From: Wolbachia endosymbiont of Litomosoides sigmodontis
GTDB taxonomy: Bacteria; Pseudomonadota; Alphaproteobacteria; Rickettsiales; Anaplasmataceae
Length of the DNA: 32,000 nucleotides
Assembly (NCBI RefSeq): GCF_013365435.1
Contig: NZ_CP046577.1
Location: forward strand, 1 to 32,000
Reading direction: 5' to 3'
Positions 19,731 through 29,339 of the stretch are shown in pieces. Within the stretch, counting starts at the first letter, position 1. Each line of letters starts with the position of its first letter. The notes under the pieces are model-generated. The model did no database searches, was not told the DNA's origin, and saw nothing but the letters and a program-made list of their open reading frames with translations. A program made the translations under genes and the position numbers.

Positions 19731-19970
19731 CTACTCTTTAATTATTCCATTATCCTTGATAAGTTTTATAGACCAGCCCTCTTTTGTGAAGATTTTGATT
19801 TTATATTCATTGCCTTCGCAGTACCATCTCAAATCTATCTCACATAATCTCTTAGCCTCTTTATAAATCCTTATCTTATGTTCATTCATTGACCAGACAA
19901 CGAATTCTTTTTGAATTACTCTTATAAAAAAGCACAATCTAATTGTTTTTACGTTATATTTTTTGCACAC
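19731..19970 (-). CDS. Doubtful small ORF (79 aa; 52 aa from the internal ATG at 19889)
   Basis: ORF only. The first ~25 codons appear to be antisense to an IS630 5' fragment (TIRLCFF resembles VILCFF of the other antisense IS ORFs). Confidence 0.2.
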   Translation of the reverse strand: MCKKYNVKTIRLCFFIRVIQKEFVVWSMNEHKIRIYKEAKRLCEIDLRWYCEGNEYKIKIFTKEGWSIKLIKDNGIIKE

Positions 19971-19979
19971 ACTACTACT

Positions 19980-21040
19980 TATAAGAATTTTTATTGTTAA
20001 TGGGTTAAGTAAGTAATATTATAGAGTTGTTTAATTGTGGAGTGAGAAAGAGAGGTAATAAATTTGCACAGAGCACTCTCAAGTAAAGCAATTATATTAT
20101 AGACTTTACTGCCAAAATGTTCTGTCTTATGTACAACAAAAAGTTTCCAATAGGATTAAGCTCTGATGGTAAGTATGTAATCTGGCTATTTTAAAGCACC
20201 TTTAAGTATTTTGACTTATGGTAACTAGTATAGTCTATAATAAGAAAAGCTTCTCTTTTTTTTAAATATTGTAACCTTTATTCAAGGAATATATTCGTAC
20301 AATTAGGTATTTATTTCAGTGCAAATAAGTTTAGGACTCTCTCCATTTCTAGGATTAATTTCACGAGAGAGAAAAAAATTATCTACCTAATTTTACTTCA
20401 ACCTGTATCCAACGTTCTTTTTAAATTACCAGTGTCCAACTTTCTGATATGTGCAAAACCACCTTCATTAAGGATGAATAATCCTTGTTCAGAATATTTA
20501 CCAATAGCTTAATTAAATTTTCTTTTAACTCTTTACTGTCTACTTTCATCTTATTCGTTATGAATTGATCTTGGCGTAATATACAAAAATTTTATTTTTG
20601 CATATTATGGTATATTATAATCTTACTGACATTTAAGCCAAATTTTCCCTAGATCCTTATTTTTATTTCTTTAATGGTAATACTAAGTTCTTGTATACAT
20701 ACTTCAACTTAACTCTGATCCAATCTGTTTTTTTACAACACTGTGAGTGAAGAGCAAATAGTTTCTTCTCTTCAAAATTTTAGGTACTTTGTCCATGTAG
20801 TGAGTGCTATTCTTGAAATGCAACATATTTTTGCTACGCTATTATACTGTGCTTTTTTGCTGCAATTACAGCATTTAATTTTTTATAAAAAATGCATTAT
20901 TTTACACTTTCTTTAGCATTTCTTTTCTGATTTCTACGACTTTTTATCCAATGGCATTTAAATTCACTAATTTACTTACTTAAGTATGGCTTCTTTCCTA
21001 TTATCGAAAATCTATTTCTTGCACAGTGGAAATGGATATA
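19980..21040 (-). mobile_element. IS630-family element, near full-length, degenerate
   Basis: TATAAGAATTTTTATTGTTAATGG at 19980 (3' terminus, reverse complement) through CACAGTGGAAATGGATATA at 21022-21040. Collinear with the other copies; no sense ORF. Confidence 0.72.
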
Positions 21041-21325
21041 GGAACGAGGGAGGCCTTTCTTTGTCATATATTGTGCTAGTTATCATAAGGCAAAAAATTT
21101 TAAAGTACCTAAAGATGTTGAAAATACCTACCAGCATACTCACCAAAGCTCAATCCTATTAAGAGACTTTAGTTGTATATAAAACAGAACATTTTGCGTA
21201 ATAAAGTCTATAATATAATTACTTTGCTTGAGAGCGCTTCATGTAAATTTGTTACCTTCTTATCACTCTACAATTAAACAATTGTGCAATGTCACTTATT
21301 TGACCAATTAATAATAAAGATTGAT
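21041..21325 (+). mobile_element. IS630-family element, 3' fragment (~285 bp)
   Basis: Aligns with 4643-4932. The remnant reads ...THQSSILLRDF...IKQLCNVTYLTN. Confidence 0.7.
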
Positions 21326-21573
21326 CTTCCTCAAAGAAATGGTACAAGATGTACCACGTGAGCTTATTTTTAGTTGAAACCAAACGCACCTTATCTATTA
21401 CTTGAACCCTTACAGAGGAAAAAGAATGAACCAATACTAGTAAAGTATATTGTGAATTTGTCTAGTAGAATTGTGAAGCGAACTACTGAATGAGGTAGAA
21501 AAAGTAATCACAAACAACTTTTTAAAACTGTTTACAAAACTTAAGCTTAAGAAAATTGTATAAAACTATTTAT

Positions 21574-22524
21574 TTACAAGCTTAAAGATTTTACTAGCTC
21601 TTTCACTGCATTTATTGATTTATTGAACATTTCTTGTTCATTATCATCCATTTCAACCTCTAGAACTTTTTCAATTCCGTTTTTACCAATGATTACAGGG
21701 ACACCAATGAATAAGTCTTTTACACCATATTCACCATTAAGGTAAGTAGCACACGGTAATATGCGCCTTTCATCATGTAAATATGATTTCAACATACATA
21801 TACTAGAAGATGCAGGAGCATAGTATGCAGATCCAGATTTAAGTAAATCAACTATTTCTTTACCGCCATTACGAGTGCGCTTGATTATTTCATCAATTTT
21901 TTCCTGTGTGATGAGGCCCATATTAATGATTTGGATAAGTGGAATGCCAGCGATGGAAGTGCAATGAATTAACGGTACCATGGTGTCACCATGTCCTCCA
22001 AGTACAAAAGCAGACACATCCTCAACGGAAATATTAAGTTCTCTTGCAAGAAAATAACGAAAGCGAGAAGAATCAAGTACTCCAGCCATTCCAACAATCA
22101 TATTGGCTGGGAGGTTTGAAAATTTATGCACTACTGAAACCATGGCATCTAAAGGGTTGGTAACCACTATTACAAACGCATTTGGAGAATATTTTCTAAT
22201 ATTTTCGCCAACTTCCTTCATTACTTTAGCATTAGTTTGGAGGAGATCTTCCCTACTCATTCCTGGCTTTCTCGCAATGCCAGCGGTTATTATAATTGCA
22301 TCAGAGTTTTTTATGTCTTCATACCTATTTGTGCCAGTAATATTGACACTAAATTCATCAATAGGGGATGATTCCATTATGTCAAGTGCTTTACCTTGCG
22401 GTATTTCATTGCTAATATCAAGCAAAACAACATCACCAAGCTCTCTTAATGCAACCATATGTGCAAGAGTTCCGCCGATATTTCCTGTGCCAATCAGAGA
22501 TATTTTTTTTCTTTGGACTGTCAT
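21574..22524 (-). CDS. mdh: Malate dehydrogenase (LDH-like, NAD-dependent)
   Basis: 316-aa ORF with [15 protein letters not shown] Rossmann motif, [25 protein letters not shown] and GGHGDTMVP. Confidence 0.92.
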   Translation of the reverse strand: MTVQRKKISLIGTGNIGGTLAHMVALRELGDVVLLDISNEIPQGKALDIMESSPIDEFSVNITGTNRYEDIKNSDAIIITAGIARKPGMSREDLLQTNAKVMKEVGENIRKYSPNAFVIVVTNPLDAMVSVVHKFSNLPANMIVGMAGVLDSSRFRYFLARELNISVEDVSAFVLGGHGDTMVPLIHCTSIAGIPLIQIINMGLITQEKIDEIIKRTRNGGKEIVDLLKSGSAYYAPASSSICMLKSYLHDERRILPCATYLNGEYGVKDLFIGVPVIIGKNGIEKVLEVEMDDNEQEMFNKSINAVKELVKSLSL

Positions 22525-22527
22525 TTT

Positions 22528-23100
22528 CTACTCCTTTGTATTTGCTTTTGTAGCTTCACCTTTCCAAGGGGATAGGCTGTCAAACATACGAAAATCTTGC
22601 GGTAAATCTATAGGATTATACATAACCTTTTTTGCCTCTATATCATACCTAACTTCTTCATAACCAGTAAGAGGAAAATCTTTTAACATTGGATGGCCTT
22701 TGAATCCATAATCCGTTAGAATCCTACGCAAATCAGGATGATTAGAGAATTCTATTCCATACATATCAAAAACTTCTCGCTCGAACCATGAAGCTGTGTT
22801 AAATATCCTTGCTACGCTTGGAGGTATATCACCTTCGTATAATTGAAGCTTTATATGTACCCTGATATTATGTACAATGCTAAGCAAATTATATATTAGC
22901 TCAAAACGTTTTTCCCTATCTGGGTAGTCAACTCCGAAAATATCAACTAATAATTCAAATCTACATTTTTCATCATCACGTAGAAAGAGTAAGTGATCTT
23001 CAATATCATTTAAAGTTGAATATATTAAAATAGTACCATCACTTTGCTGAATACATTTACATTTGATTTTTTTTTGTATGTACTTTGCAATTTTATACAT
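22528..23100 (-). CDS. nuoC: NADH-quinone oxidoreductase subunit C
   Basis: 190-aa ORF with FELIYNLLS and [26 protein letters not shown], as in the NuoC/30-kDa subunit. Confidence 0.9.
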   Translation of the reverse strand: MYKIAKYIQKKIKCKCIQQSDGTILIYSTLNDIEDHLLFLRDDEKCRFELLVDIFGVDYPDREKRFELIYNLLSIVHNIRVHIKLQLYEGDIPPSVARIFNTASWFEREVFDMYGIEFSNHPDLRRILTDYGFKGHPMLKDFPLTGYEEVRYDIEAKKVMYNPIDLPQDFRMFDSLSPWKGEATKANTKE

Positions 23101-23103
23101 GCT

Positions 23104-23610
23104 TTATATATTTTGAGTTCGTTTTATTTTATTTTGCAGGCATAGCATTCCATATAGCAATGCCTCTGCAGTTGGTGGACATCCAGGAACATATACATCA
23201 ACTGGTACAATTCTATCACAACCACGAACTACTGAGTAGGAGTAATGATAATAACCTCCACCATTTGCACAACTTCCCATAGAAACAACGTACTTTGGAT
23301 CTGCCATTTGGTCATAAACCTTGCGCAATGCTACTGCCATTTTATTAGTTAGTGTGCCAGCAACAATCATAACGTCAACTTGTCTTGGGCTTGCACGAAA
23401 CATTATACCATATCTATCAAGATCATAGCGACTAGATGCAGTGTGCATCATTTCCACTGCACAACATGCAAGACCAAATGTCATTGGCCATAATGAGCCA
23501 GATCTTGCCCAATTAATTACATAATCTATTAAACTACCAAATTTAGTAACGAAAAAACCTTCCTTCTTATAACGATTCCAGTCATTATTAGATGAAACTT
23601 GATCTATCAT
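23104..23610 (-). CDS. nuoB: NADH-quinone oxidoreductase subunit B
   Basis: 168-aa ORF with [20 protein letters not shown] and DVYVPGCPP (N2 cluster ligands). Confidence 0.93.
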   Translation of the reverse strand: MIDQVSSNNDWNRYKKEGFFVTKFGSLIDYVINWARSGSLWPMTFGLACCAVEMMHTASSRYDLDRYGIMFRASPRQVDVMIVAGTLTNKMAVALRKVYDQMADPKYVVSMGSCANGGGYYHYSYSVVRGCDRIVPVDVYVPGCPPTAEALLYGMLCLQNKIKRTQNI

Positions 23611-23614
23611 AAAC

Positions 23615-23989
23615 TTACTCCCATTCTAATGCACCTTTATACCACTCATAGATAAAGCCTACAGTAAGTATTGCAAGAAATATCATCATAGACCAAAATC
23701 CACAATAGCTTATTTTAGATAAAGAAGCAGCCCAAGGAAAAAGAAAGGCAATTTCTAAGTCAAATATCATAAATAGTATTGAAATTAAGTAAAACTTAAT
23801 GTTAAAATTTTTTCTTGTTCTTGATAAAGGGTTGAAACCGCACTCATATGTGGAAAGTTTTTCACTATTTGGTTTACTTACTGCAAGAAACATAGGCAAT
23901 GTACCTAAAGTGAGAGATACTATAATTGATACGCAGATAAAAATTGTTATGGTTAAATATTCACTCATTTCAAAACACGTAGAAAGCAA
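23615..23989 (-). CDS. nuoA: NADH-quinone oxidoreductase subunit A
   Basis: 124-aa, 3-TM ORF with YECGF and [12 protein letters not shown]. The start could instead be the internal ATG at 23968. Confidence 0.88.
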   Translation of the reverse strand: MLSTCFEMSEYLTITIFICVSIIVSLTLGTLPMFLAVSKPNSEKLSTYECGFNPLSRTRKNFNIKFYLISILFMIFDLEIAFLFPWAASLSKISYCGFWSMMIFLAILTVGFIYEWYKGALEWE

Positions 23990-23991
23990 CG

Positions 23992-24360
23992 TTACGAATT
24001 TACATGCTTTCCTAATCTTTTACCACCTAAAATATGCATATGAAAATGCGGTACAACTTGCTCACCATTTTTACCATAATTAGTAACTAATCTATATCCT
24101 GTTTTTTCTAGGTTATATTTATATGTTATTTCTCTTACAGTTTTAAAGAAGCTTACTATTTCCTCTGCAGAAGCTTTTAAGATAAAATCATCATATGAAA
24201 CACATTGACTTTTTGGTATAACTAAAATATGAACTGGTGCATCAGGGTACTTGTCATAAAATGCCAACACATTCTTATCTTCGTAAACCTTCTTGCAAGG
24301 TAAATCACCCCTTAATATTTGAGCAAAGATATTATTGCTATCATAATCTTTATTGCTCAT
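23992..24360 (-). CDS. HIT-family (histidine triad) nucleotide-binding protein
   Basis: 122-aa ORF with IFAQILRGDLP, HILVIPK and the histidine triad HFHMHILGG. Confidence 0.88.
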   Translation of the reverse strand: MSNKDYDSNNIFAQILRGDLPCKKVYEDKNVLAFYDKYPDAPVHILVIPKSQCVSYDDFILKASAEEIVSFFKTVREITYKYNLEKTGYRLVTNYGKNGEQVVPHFHMHILGGKRLGKHVNS

Positions 24361-24363
24361 GTT

Positions 24364-25344
24364 TTAAGGAGCGCGACCACCTTTTTCTTTTCCTGAGTTT
24401 AAAGCAGGTATAGACAATGGGTTCTCCGTTTTACTATTAGAGACATTCCCTTCAAAGCGTAGGTTAGATTTGTTACCAATAGCTTCTCTCAACTTACTTT
24501 CTAATTCCATGCCTTTGGAAATAGTTTTTCCAACCTTTATGTGATACATTTTTAAAGGATCAGTCATATTATTTTGAGTGATGAATTCACTAGATTCTGA
24601 TGACTTATCTTTGGATTTTGTAGCTTCTGATAACTGCTCAGTATATCCACAATACAATTTTTCAGCAATACTATACAGCAGTTTTTGGTCTGTGTGAACT
24701 TTAAACCCTCCACCAGTAATTTCTGCCAGACCTTTGAGATTTTCATTCACTTTATCATAAATTTTGCCAATGACAAATTGTTTTATTCTTTCTGGATTCT
24801 TTCCTTTGCATTCAGGACTAGCTTTAATGTCATTGATAATTTCCTTAACATCAACTTCAATTGCAACTTCGTTTTTTTCCCTAAAAATATTTATGTCTGG
24901 CAAGTTGTTTTTTATTTGGTCTAACTGCTCTTGGCTCAAGTAAGGTATATCCCCTACCAAAGTCCTTGATACTTTAAATATAACTCTTTCTTTTCCTTTC
25001 TCTTGTTCTGTTATGTGTACACCAAGATCTTTACTAGCTTGTGTAATTTTTATAGGTGGGCAGTATTCTTTAGGTATCTTGCCAATAACATAACGCCAAC
25101 CATTTTTTATGTCGTGCAACATTTCACTACGAGACTTAGAATGATTTTTTAGTTGAAAAGGATATATTATTGTACCCTTAAATAAGACCAATAAACCCCT
25201 ACCTACACCCTTAAATAAGATTACTACACCTTCAATTAGAAAATCTCGCGTTCCTAAGGCTGCGTTTTTAGCTTTACCTACTATAGAAGTAGACTCTTTG
25301 CTTGAAATATCTTCTTTTTCACCTTGTCTCATATATACCCTCAA
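24364..25344 (-). CDS. Hypothetical protein (326 aa), orphan; first gene of the HIT-nuoABC-mdh string
   Basis: Long ORF in AT-rich DNA whose stop lies 3 nt from the HIT start. One hydrophobic segment (FLIEGVVILFKGVGRGLLVLF). No motif I recognise. Confidence 0.5.
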   Translation of the reverse strand: MRVYMRQGEKEDISSKESTSIVGKAKNAALGTRDFLIEGVVILFKGVGRGLLVLFKGTIIYPFQLKNHSKSRSEMLHDIKNGWRYVIGKIPKEYCPPIKITQASKDLGVHITEQEKGKERVIFKVSRTLVGDIPYLSQEQLDQIKNNLPDINIFREKNEVAIEVDVKEIINDIKASPECKGKNPERIKQFVIGKIYDKVNENLKGLAEITGGGFKVHTDQKLLYSIAEKLYCGYTEQLSEATKSKDKSSESSEFITQNNMTDPLKMYHIKVGKTISKGMELESKLREAIGNKSNLRFEGNVSNSKTENPLSIPALNSGKEKGGRAP

Positions 25345-25511
25345 AGTATTTTAACACTAAATAATTATATTCTAAATTGTATGGATAAAAACATTTAAAC
25401 TTCTATATCTAGTATAAGTGAAATTATAGAGATTGCAACTGTTATTTGCACATCGTTTAAAATGTGAGATATTTCGCTATTTTTATTGCTAATTTACTTT
25501 AAAATTAAGCT

Positions 25512-26879
25512 ATGTTTATGTGGAATACTAATAATATTATTGATGCCACTGGCGGAAGAGGAAAGGGTAGTTGCTACAATTCAAATATTTCAATAGATAC
25601 AAGAAACATAAAAAAAGGTGACTTGTTTGTCGCTCTTAAAGGAAAGAACTTTGATGGACATGATTTTCTACATGAAGCCTTTTTGAAAGGGGCAGCAGCT
25701 GCGATAGTGAGCGAAGACAAATATAAAAATCTTCCTCTAATTTTTGTGCAAGATACTCTAAAAGCTTTGCACGATATGGCATCTTATTACATCAGAAATG
25801 TTCTTGTTAATGCTGAAGTTATTGCAATTACAGGTAGTGTGGGGAAAACTACCACGAAAGATATGCTGCATACCGTTTTATCGCAGTATGGGGTATCTCA
25901 TGTGAACGATGGTAATTTGAATAACAATATAGGGCTACCTTTAACGATTCTAAAAGCTCCAGAAAACTGCCAGTACTTAATTCTTGAAATGGGGATGAAT
26001 AAAGCTGGCGAGATAAAAGAATTATCAAAAATTAGCAACCCAAATATTGCAGTTATTACCAACATCGAACCTGTGCATGTTGAAAATTTTTCGTCGCTAT
26101 TTGATATTGCGCAAGCGAAGTTAGAGGTTCTGTTAGGTATGAAAAATAAAGGTACTTTAATCCTAAATAGAGATAATAGATATTATGATTATCTCTCATC
26201 GCATGTTAATGGAAATGTAATAAGCTTTGGTAAGAGTGAAAGTGCTACAGTTTGCTTGTTGAATGTAATAAAAGGTGATAAAGGACTAAATTTAAAGATT
26301 AGACTAAGTAATAATCAGATTATGAACTGCAATTTATGTATACAAGGTGAACATTTTGTATACTCTGTACTAGCTGTTGTGGCAGTTATGCAAAATCTTG
26401 GACTTAATTTATCAAAATTACCGCTTGCACTTCAGAATTTTAATATAACAAAAGGTAGAGGTAGTGTTCATAAAGCTAAATATAATGGAAAGTGTGTATA
26501 TCTGATTGATGACTCATATAATGCTAGTCCTGCTTCAATGAAAGCTGCAATAAGAACTTTAGGTGCTTATCCTGGGTTGAGAAAAATAGCATTGCTTGGT
26601 GATATGCTAGAGCTCGGTAACGAAAGCGTAGCATTTCATATAAAATTGCTTGATTATATCATAAAATATGACGTGGATAAAGTTTATACGGTTGGTAAAT
26701 TTATGTTAAAATTGCACTTAATTTTACCAGGCAATATAAGAGGTACGCATTTTGATGATTCTAGTCAATTGAAAAGCAACCTAGCTAACATTGTTCAAAA
26801 TAATGATGTAATTCTTGTTAAGGGTTCACGTAGAGTGAAAATGGATCTCATAGTGCGAGGATTTATAATAAAATATTAA
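25512..26879 (+). CDS. murF: UDP-N-acetylmuramoyl-tripeptide--D-alanyl-D-alanine ligase
   Basis: 455-aa ORF with the ATP-binding ITGSVGKTTTKDML and a Mur-ligase-type DDSYNASPASM. Confidence 0.88.
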   Translation: MFMWNTNNIIDATGGRGKGSCYNSNISIDTRNIKKGDLFVALKGKNFDGHDFLHEAFLKGAAAAIVSEDKYKNLPLIFVQDTLKALHDMASYYIRNVLVNAEVIAITGSVGKTTTKDMLHTVLSQYGVSHVNDGNLNNNIGLPLTILKAPENCQYLILEMGMNKAGEIKELSKISNPNIAVITNIEPVHVENFSSLFDIAQAKLEVLLGMKNKGTLILNRDNRYYDYLSSHVNGNVISFGKSESATVCLLNVIKGDKGLNLKIRLSNNQIMNCNLCIQGEHFVYSVLAVVAVMQNLGLNLSKLPLALQNFNITKGRGSVHKAKYNGKCVYLIDDSYNASPASMKAAIRTLGAYPGLRKIALLGDMLELGNESVAFHIKLLDYIIKYDVDKVYTVGKFMLKLHLILPGNIRGTHFDDSSQLKSNLANIVQNNDVILVKGSRRVKMDLIVRGFIIKY

Positions 26880-26927
26880 ATGAAACTGTTGTATTAATCT
26901 AAGGTTAAGTTATTTAAAGTTTAAATC

Positions 26928-27883
26928 GTGATAAAACGTGTAGTTATTTTTGGTGAAACGAGATTCAGTAGGAAAACATATCGTAAGATGTTTGGCAATA
27001 GCTGGATATTTAATCAGGGTATTTGCTGCAACCAAGAAAAAGCTGCTTGGTTAAAGTTATGTGGCAATTTGGGACAAATGTCTATATTTAAAGGCGATCT
27101 TTTTGATGAGGAATCACTTTTGGAGAGTGTAGGGGGGGTGGGATGTGATGTAGTTATAAACCTAGTGGGAATATCATATGAAGTGAAAAAACACGGTTTC
27201 TACGTTGTTCATGTTGAGATAGCTGAGAAAATAGCAGGAGCTGCAAAAATAAAAAATGTACCTATGATGATACATTTTTCTGCTATGGGAATAGAAATTA
27301 GCAAGATGTTAAAATTTACTCAAAGTAAATTGGGAGGTGAAAAAGCTGTAATTGCAGCATTTTCAAAAGTAGTGATAATTAAGCCAAGTCCTGTATTCTC
27401 TAAAAAAGATAACTTCTTTACTAAATTTATTAGTAACTATTCTTCCTTTCTTACTGCTAATTGGTAGTGGTACAACTAAGTTTCAGCCAATATGGGTAAC
27501 AAATTTAGCTGAGATGGTATACCGCATTATTAGTCTTAAAATAAGCAAGATAAGAAGATTTGTAATATAGGTGGACCGAAAATCTACTCTTTATAAGAGC
27601 TTGCTAAAGTTTATTCTGAATATTACTAACAGAAGATGCTTGTTAGTTAATGTATCCATTCCAATAGTAAAGCTAATACCCTTCTTCTTAGAAAGTAGGA
27701 TTATTTCTATATTATTAAGACCACCATAACTGGGGATATAAGTCCTGTACTTACTTGAGATCAGGTGAGAGTTATGGCGGGTAGATTAATTGAGAGATCA
27801 ACTGATTTTGAAATAATAAAAATCCAACCATTGTTAATTGAAAATGTAGAACCAGAGTATTTGAAAGTTTATAGAAAGTATTG
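26928..27883 (+). pseudogene. NAD-dependent epimerase/dehydratase (NDUFA9/39-kDa-like) pseudogene
   Basis: The Rossmann motif is corrupted (VVIFGETRFS instead of GxxGxxG). 25 codons (about 26967-27042) are read out of frame, while the +1 frame there gives the family-like VGKHIVRCLAIAGYLIRVFAATKKK. The ORF stops at 27465-27467. Homology continues in another frame (LIGSGTTKFQPIWVTNLAEMVYRII...) with further stops up to ~27883. Confidence 0.72.
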
Positions 27884-27894
27884 ATAAAAGAGTG

Positions 27895-27968
27895 CGCGCC
27901 CAGTAGGATTCGAACCTACGACCCACAGCTTAGAAGGCTGTTGCTCTATCCAGCTGAGCTACGGGCGC
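27895..27968 (-). tRNA. tRNA-Arg (anticodon UCU)
   Basis: 74-nt cloverleaf folded by hand. Acceptor GCGCCCG/TGGGCGC (one G-U pair), D arm GCTC-AGCTGGATA-GAGC. Anticodon arm ACAGC-CTTCTAA-GCTGT, T arm GTAGG-TTCGAAT-CCTAC. Discriminator is G; CCA is not encoded. Confidence 0.9.
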
Positions 27969-28097
27969 ACAACATGTATAAGATGCTTCTTAGCACGTAT
28001 AAAGTCAAGGTATTTCGTATAAATGCAATGCTTATAGCAAATTCTTGCAAGACCTTATTCTTTTGCTGGGGATATTGACTTTTTCTGGATTAAGTGT

Positions 28098-28638
28098 TAA
28101 TACTAATCTTATTGTTAAGCAATCAAATAAGTGACATTGTGGATTGTTTTGTTGTGGCGTGAGAAAAGAGAAGTAATAAATTTGTATAAAGTGTTCCAAG
28201 CAAGATAACTGTATTATGTACTTTATCATACAAAGTATTCTGTTTCATATTAACCAAAGTCTTTCAATAAGATTAAGCTCTGGTGAAACTGATGGCAGTG
28301 TATAACCTTGATATTTTTAATTATCTTTAAATTTTTAACTTGTGTTAACTAGCACAATTCATGGTAAGAAAGTCTCATCATTTTCTTAAATATTGTAATG
28401 TTTACTCAAGAAATATATTCATATAATCAGTGTTGACATCCGGTGCAAATAAGCTGGGACTCTCATTTCTAGGATTACTACACTATAGAGATAGAAATTT
28501 TATCTGCCTAATTTTATTTATGCTTATGTTTCAACGCCCTTTTAAAATACCTATATCTAATTTTCGAATGTGTGCCAAACTATGATTTCTTAAAGAAAGA
28601 GAACTCTTATTCAAGATACTTACCAATAGTCTTATTAA
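28098..28638 (-). mobile_element. IS630-family 3' portion, left arm of a 1.06-kb palindrome
   Basis: Collinear with the 3' halves of the other minus-strand copies. 28157-28580 is the exact reverse complement of 28680-29103. Confidence 0.8.
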
Positions 28639-29160
28639 GGATCCTAAAGTAAGAGTTATCTTGTCTTTGCTAAATCGCAGTTTGGCACACATTCGAAAAT
28701 TAGATATAGGTATTTTAAAAGGGCGTTGAAACATAAGCATAAATAAAATTAGGCAGATAAAATTTCTATCTCTATAGTGTAGTAATCCTAGAAATGAGAG
28801 TCCCAGCTTATTTGCACCGGATGTCAACACTGATTATATGAATATATTTCTTGAGTAAACATTACAATATTTAAGAAAATGATGAGACTTTCTTACCATG
28901 AATTGTGCTAGTTAACACAAGTTAAAAATTTAAAGATAATTAAAAATATCAAGGTTATACACTGCCATCAGTTTCACCAGAGCTTAATCTTATTGAAAGA
29001 CTTTGGTTAATATGAAACAGAATACTTTGTATGATAAAGTACATAATACAGTTATCTTGCTTGGAACACTTTATACAAATTTATTACTTCTCTTTTCTCA
29101 CGCACAATAAAACAACCCACAATGTCACTTATTTGATTTATTAACAGTGAGAGCTTATAT
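28639..29160 (+). mobile_element. IS630-family 3' portion, right arm of the palindrome
   Basis: Collinear with 4494-4932 and 21041-25. The remnant reads ...HQSLILLKDFG... and ...IKQPTMSLI. Confidence 0.8.
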
Positions 29161-29339
29161 AAAGAAGTTAGTGAAGCTTGTTAAGTAGTTTTTCGTGAAC
29201 TATTTAAACCTTAGTTTATCAAATTGTAATGTCTGTACAATTGTGTGCCACAATCAAAGCTTTCTTCTTAGTTTAAAGATGTTGCTAATCTGTATATATA
29301 AATGTAGTATTGGTTAATATTTATAAATGAAAAGATTTC

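Noticed and set aside
22103-22663. 186-aa plus-strand ORF overlapping mdh and nuoC
   Set aside because: It is antisense to two highly conserved genes and crosses their junction. The product is Ser/Ile/Phe-rich with no motif, so it is a shadow ORF.
23085-24083. Plus-strand ORFs 23085-23282 and 23799-24083 overlapping nuoC/nuoB and nuoA/HIT
   Set aside because: They are antisense to conserved genes and cross gene junctions, so they are shadow ORFs.
27881-28078. 65-aa plus-strand ORF overlapping the tRNA-Arg locus
   Set aside because: Its first third is the reverse complement of a canonical tRNA cloverleaf, so the tRNA explains the sequence.
28531-28830. 99-aa minus-strand ORF spanning the centre of the IS palindrome
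   Set aside because: It reads through the loop and into both arms, so it is a by-product of the palindrome symmetry. The underlying sequence is dead IS DNA.
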